Source of the DNA: an uncultured Polyangiaceae bacterium
Lineage (GTDB): Bacteria > Acidobacteriota > Thermoanaerobaculia > Multivoradales > JAHEKO01
Direction: 5' to 3'
NCBI GenBank assembly: GCA_964195975.1
Contig: CAXMQZ010000025.1
Coordinates: 8,123 to 72,122 of the forward strand
Length of the DNA stretch: 64,000 bases
In this document: positions 62,858 through 64,000 of the stretch, piece after piece
Numbering within the stretch: position 1 is the stretch's first letter
Layout of the letters: each line of letters opens with the position of its first letter
Translations under genes and position numbers: made by a program
Notes under the pieces: model-generated
The model's input: the letters and a program-made list of their open reading frames with translations, nothing else
What the model was told of the DNA's origin: nothing
The model's database searches: none

Positions 62858-63956
62858 TGATCTTGGGCTGAGAAGGATGGCGGTTCTGGTAGCCGCCCTG
62901 ATTGTTGGCCTCGGGTGTGGTGGAGGTGGCAAGTCCGAGCCCGAGGACCTATCCTCGATTGCTACAGATGATTCCTCGATCGAGGAACCCGCCCTCGATT
63001 CCTCGGAGCTTTCTGAATCCAGCCCTTCGGATGTGGCCTCGACCGAGGCTGAGGTGGCTGAGACTCCCGACCTGTCGCCGCCGCCCGAGGCGCCGGAGCC
63101 GACATTGATCGACGAGCCGGCGCCGAATGAGGACTCGCTTCCAGAATCTACCGCCAGCGCTGAGGACATCTCCCCCGTGGACTCTTCCGTGATTGTGATT
63201 GAGTCTGGAGAGGACTCCAAGGACGCTGAGGACAACTCCCCCGTGGACTCTTCCGTGACTGTGATTGAGTCTGGAGAGGACGCCAAGGACGCTGAGGACA
63301 CCTCCCCCGTGGACTTCACCGTTACCGTGATCGAGTCTGGAGAGGACGCCTTGCCGGGTGAAGATATGAGCCTGCTCGAAGCGGCGGCCGCCGAGCGGGC
63401 CAGGCGAGGAACAGCCCCTCCGACCAAGATCGTGATTACAAACAAGAATCTGTCGGACTATGCGGTCGGCCAGTTGACGGTCGCGGAGGCCGGGCAGAGC
63501 CAGACGATCTCCGATGCAAACGCCGCCGTTCTCGAGGAGCGAAGAGCCGAGGAAGAGTACTGGCGCAGCGGCGTTTTGGAAATTCGCATGGCGTGGGCCG
63601 ACGCCGCCGAGAGGGTTGACGATCTCGAGGCTGAGGTGTTCCATCTGCGCCAGCGTTTTTATGCCGAGGATGATGGCTTTTATCGTGATTCACAGATAAA
63701 GCCTGCCTGGGATCGCGCCATCGAGCAGCTCCAAGAGTCCAATCGCGAAATCTTAGAACGACAGGAAGAGCTCACCGCTTTTCTCGATAAAGGTAGAGAG
63801 GCAGGGGCACTGCCCGGTTGGCTACGAGAGGGAGTAGATCTCGAGCCTGAACGTCGCCAGGAAGAAGAAGATGTCTATATTGAGCCCGATCGTAATAGAT
63901 ACGAGCCGGGTGAGCCGGTGATTGTGGAGGAGAGCGGTCAGGGGCCAAGGCGATAG
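62844..63956 (+). CDS. Hypothetical lipoprotein with acidic low-complexity linker, internal repeats and C-terminal coiled coil
   Basis: Lipobox LGC, Ser/Glu/Pro-rich linker, ITNKNL and EEYWR motifs, heptad-like helices. Confidence 0.75.
   Translation: MVARSDLGLRRMAVLVAALIVGLGCGGGGKSEPEDLSSIATDDSSIEEPALDSSELSESSPSDVASTEAEVAETPDLSPPPEAPEPTLIDEPAPNEDSLPESTASAEDISPVDSSVIVIESGEDSKDAEDNSPVDSSVTVIESGEDAKDAEDTSPVDFTVTVIESGEDALPGEDMSLLEAAAAERARRGTAPPTKIVITNKNLSDYAVGQLTVAEAGQSQTISDANAAVLEERRAEEEYWRSGVLEIRMAWADAAERVDDLEAEVFHLRQRFYAEDDGFYRDSQIKPAWDRAIEQLQESNREILERQEELTAFLDKGREAGALPGWLREGVDLEPERRQEEEDVYIEPDRNRYEPGEPVIVEESGQGPRR
63159..63350 (+). repeat. In-frame 66-bp tandem repeat x~2.9 (AEDxSPVDxxVxVIESGEDxKD)
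   Basis: Near-identical units start at 63159, 63225 and 63291. Confidence 0.92.
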
Positions 63957-64000
63957 GAAGAATGGGCGCGAATCGATTTTTCATCGAGACCTGGGGATGC

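Noticed and set aside
63159-63350. 66-bp repeats as a CRISPR array
   Set aside because: The units are contiguous with no unique spacers, they are in frame within a CDS, and there are no cas genes.
1-64000. Sigma-54 (-24/-12) promoters, expected because rpoN is present
   Set aside because: The TGGCAC occurrences I checked lie inside CDSs or lack a correctly spaced TTGC; none was convincing by eye.

Overview
A gene-dense, moderately GC-rich bacterial chromosomal segment. It is most likely from an uncultured Acidobacteriota (Thermoanaerobaculia-like); this is inferred from the long LptC/LptA protein, the IFxDGFESG..SAW C-terminal tail, the LRALGY-tailed sulfatase-like protein and the lptB-rpoN-PTS synteny. 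The right end (46.9-62.9 kb) is housekeeping: carD, priA, accA, recJ, lptC/A, lptB, rpoN, hpf, ptsN, hprK, rapZ, EIIA, HPr, EI and a cupin, preceded by tRNA-Leu(CAA). The rest is mixed core and accessory: a nucleotide-sanitising operon (MTH1-like Nudix, dCMP deaminase, cmk, Nudix), a c-di-GMP cluster (two GGDEF-EAL, two PilZ, DUF4388-like), dnaB, purC, pepA-oppDF-TolC, cell-surface modification enzymes, a TonB-dependent receptor broken by an internal deletion, and a cytochrome c peroxidase. I saw no integrase, transposase, rRNA or CRISPR array. The best candidates for undescribed biology are: (1) a translationally coupled operon of an orphan ParA, a tandem double exosortase and an atypical methyltransferase; (2) a 681-aa divergent class III nucleotidyl cyclase-like protein upstream of purC; (3) a strand-specific structured RNA leader starting just after a -10 box, upstream of a thioredoxin lipoprotein; (4) a His-rich/CxxC/RGPP arrest-peptide uORF upstream of a ZnuD-like receptor; (5) an MTH1-like gene whose conserved N-terminus has no in-frame canonical start but can be reached by a -1 shift at A_AAA_AAG. 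All calls come from manual motif reading; no searches were run.
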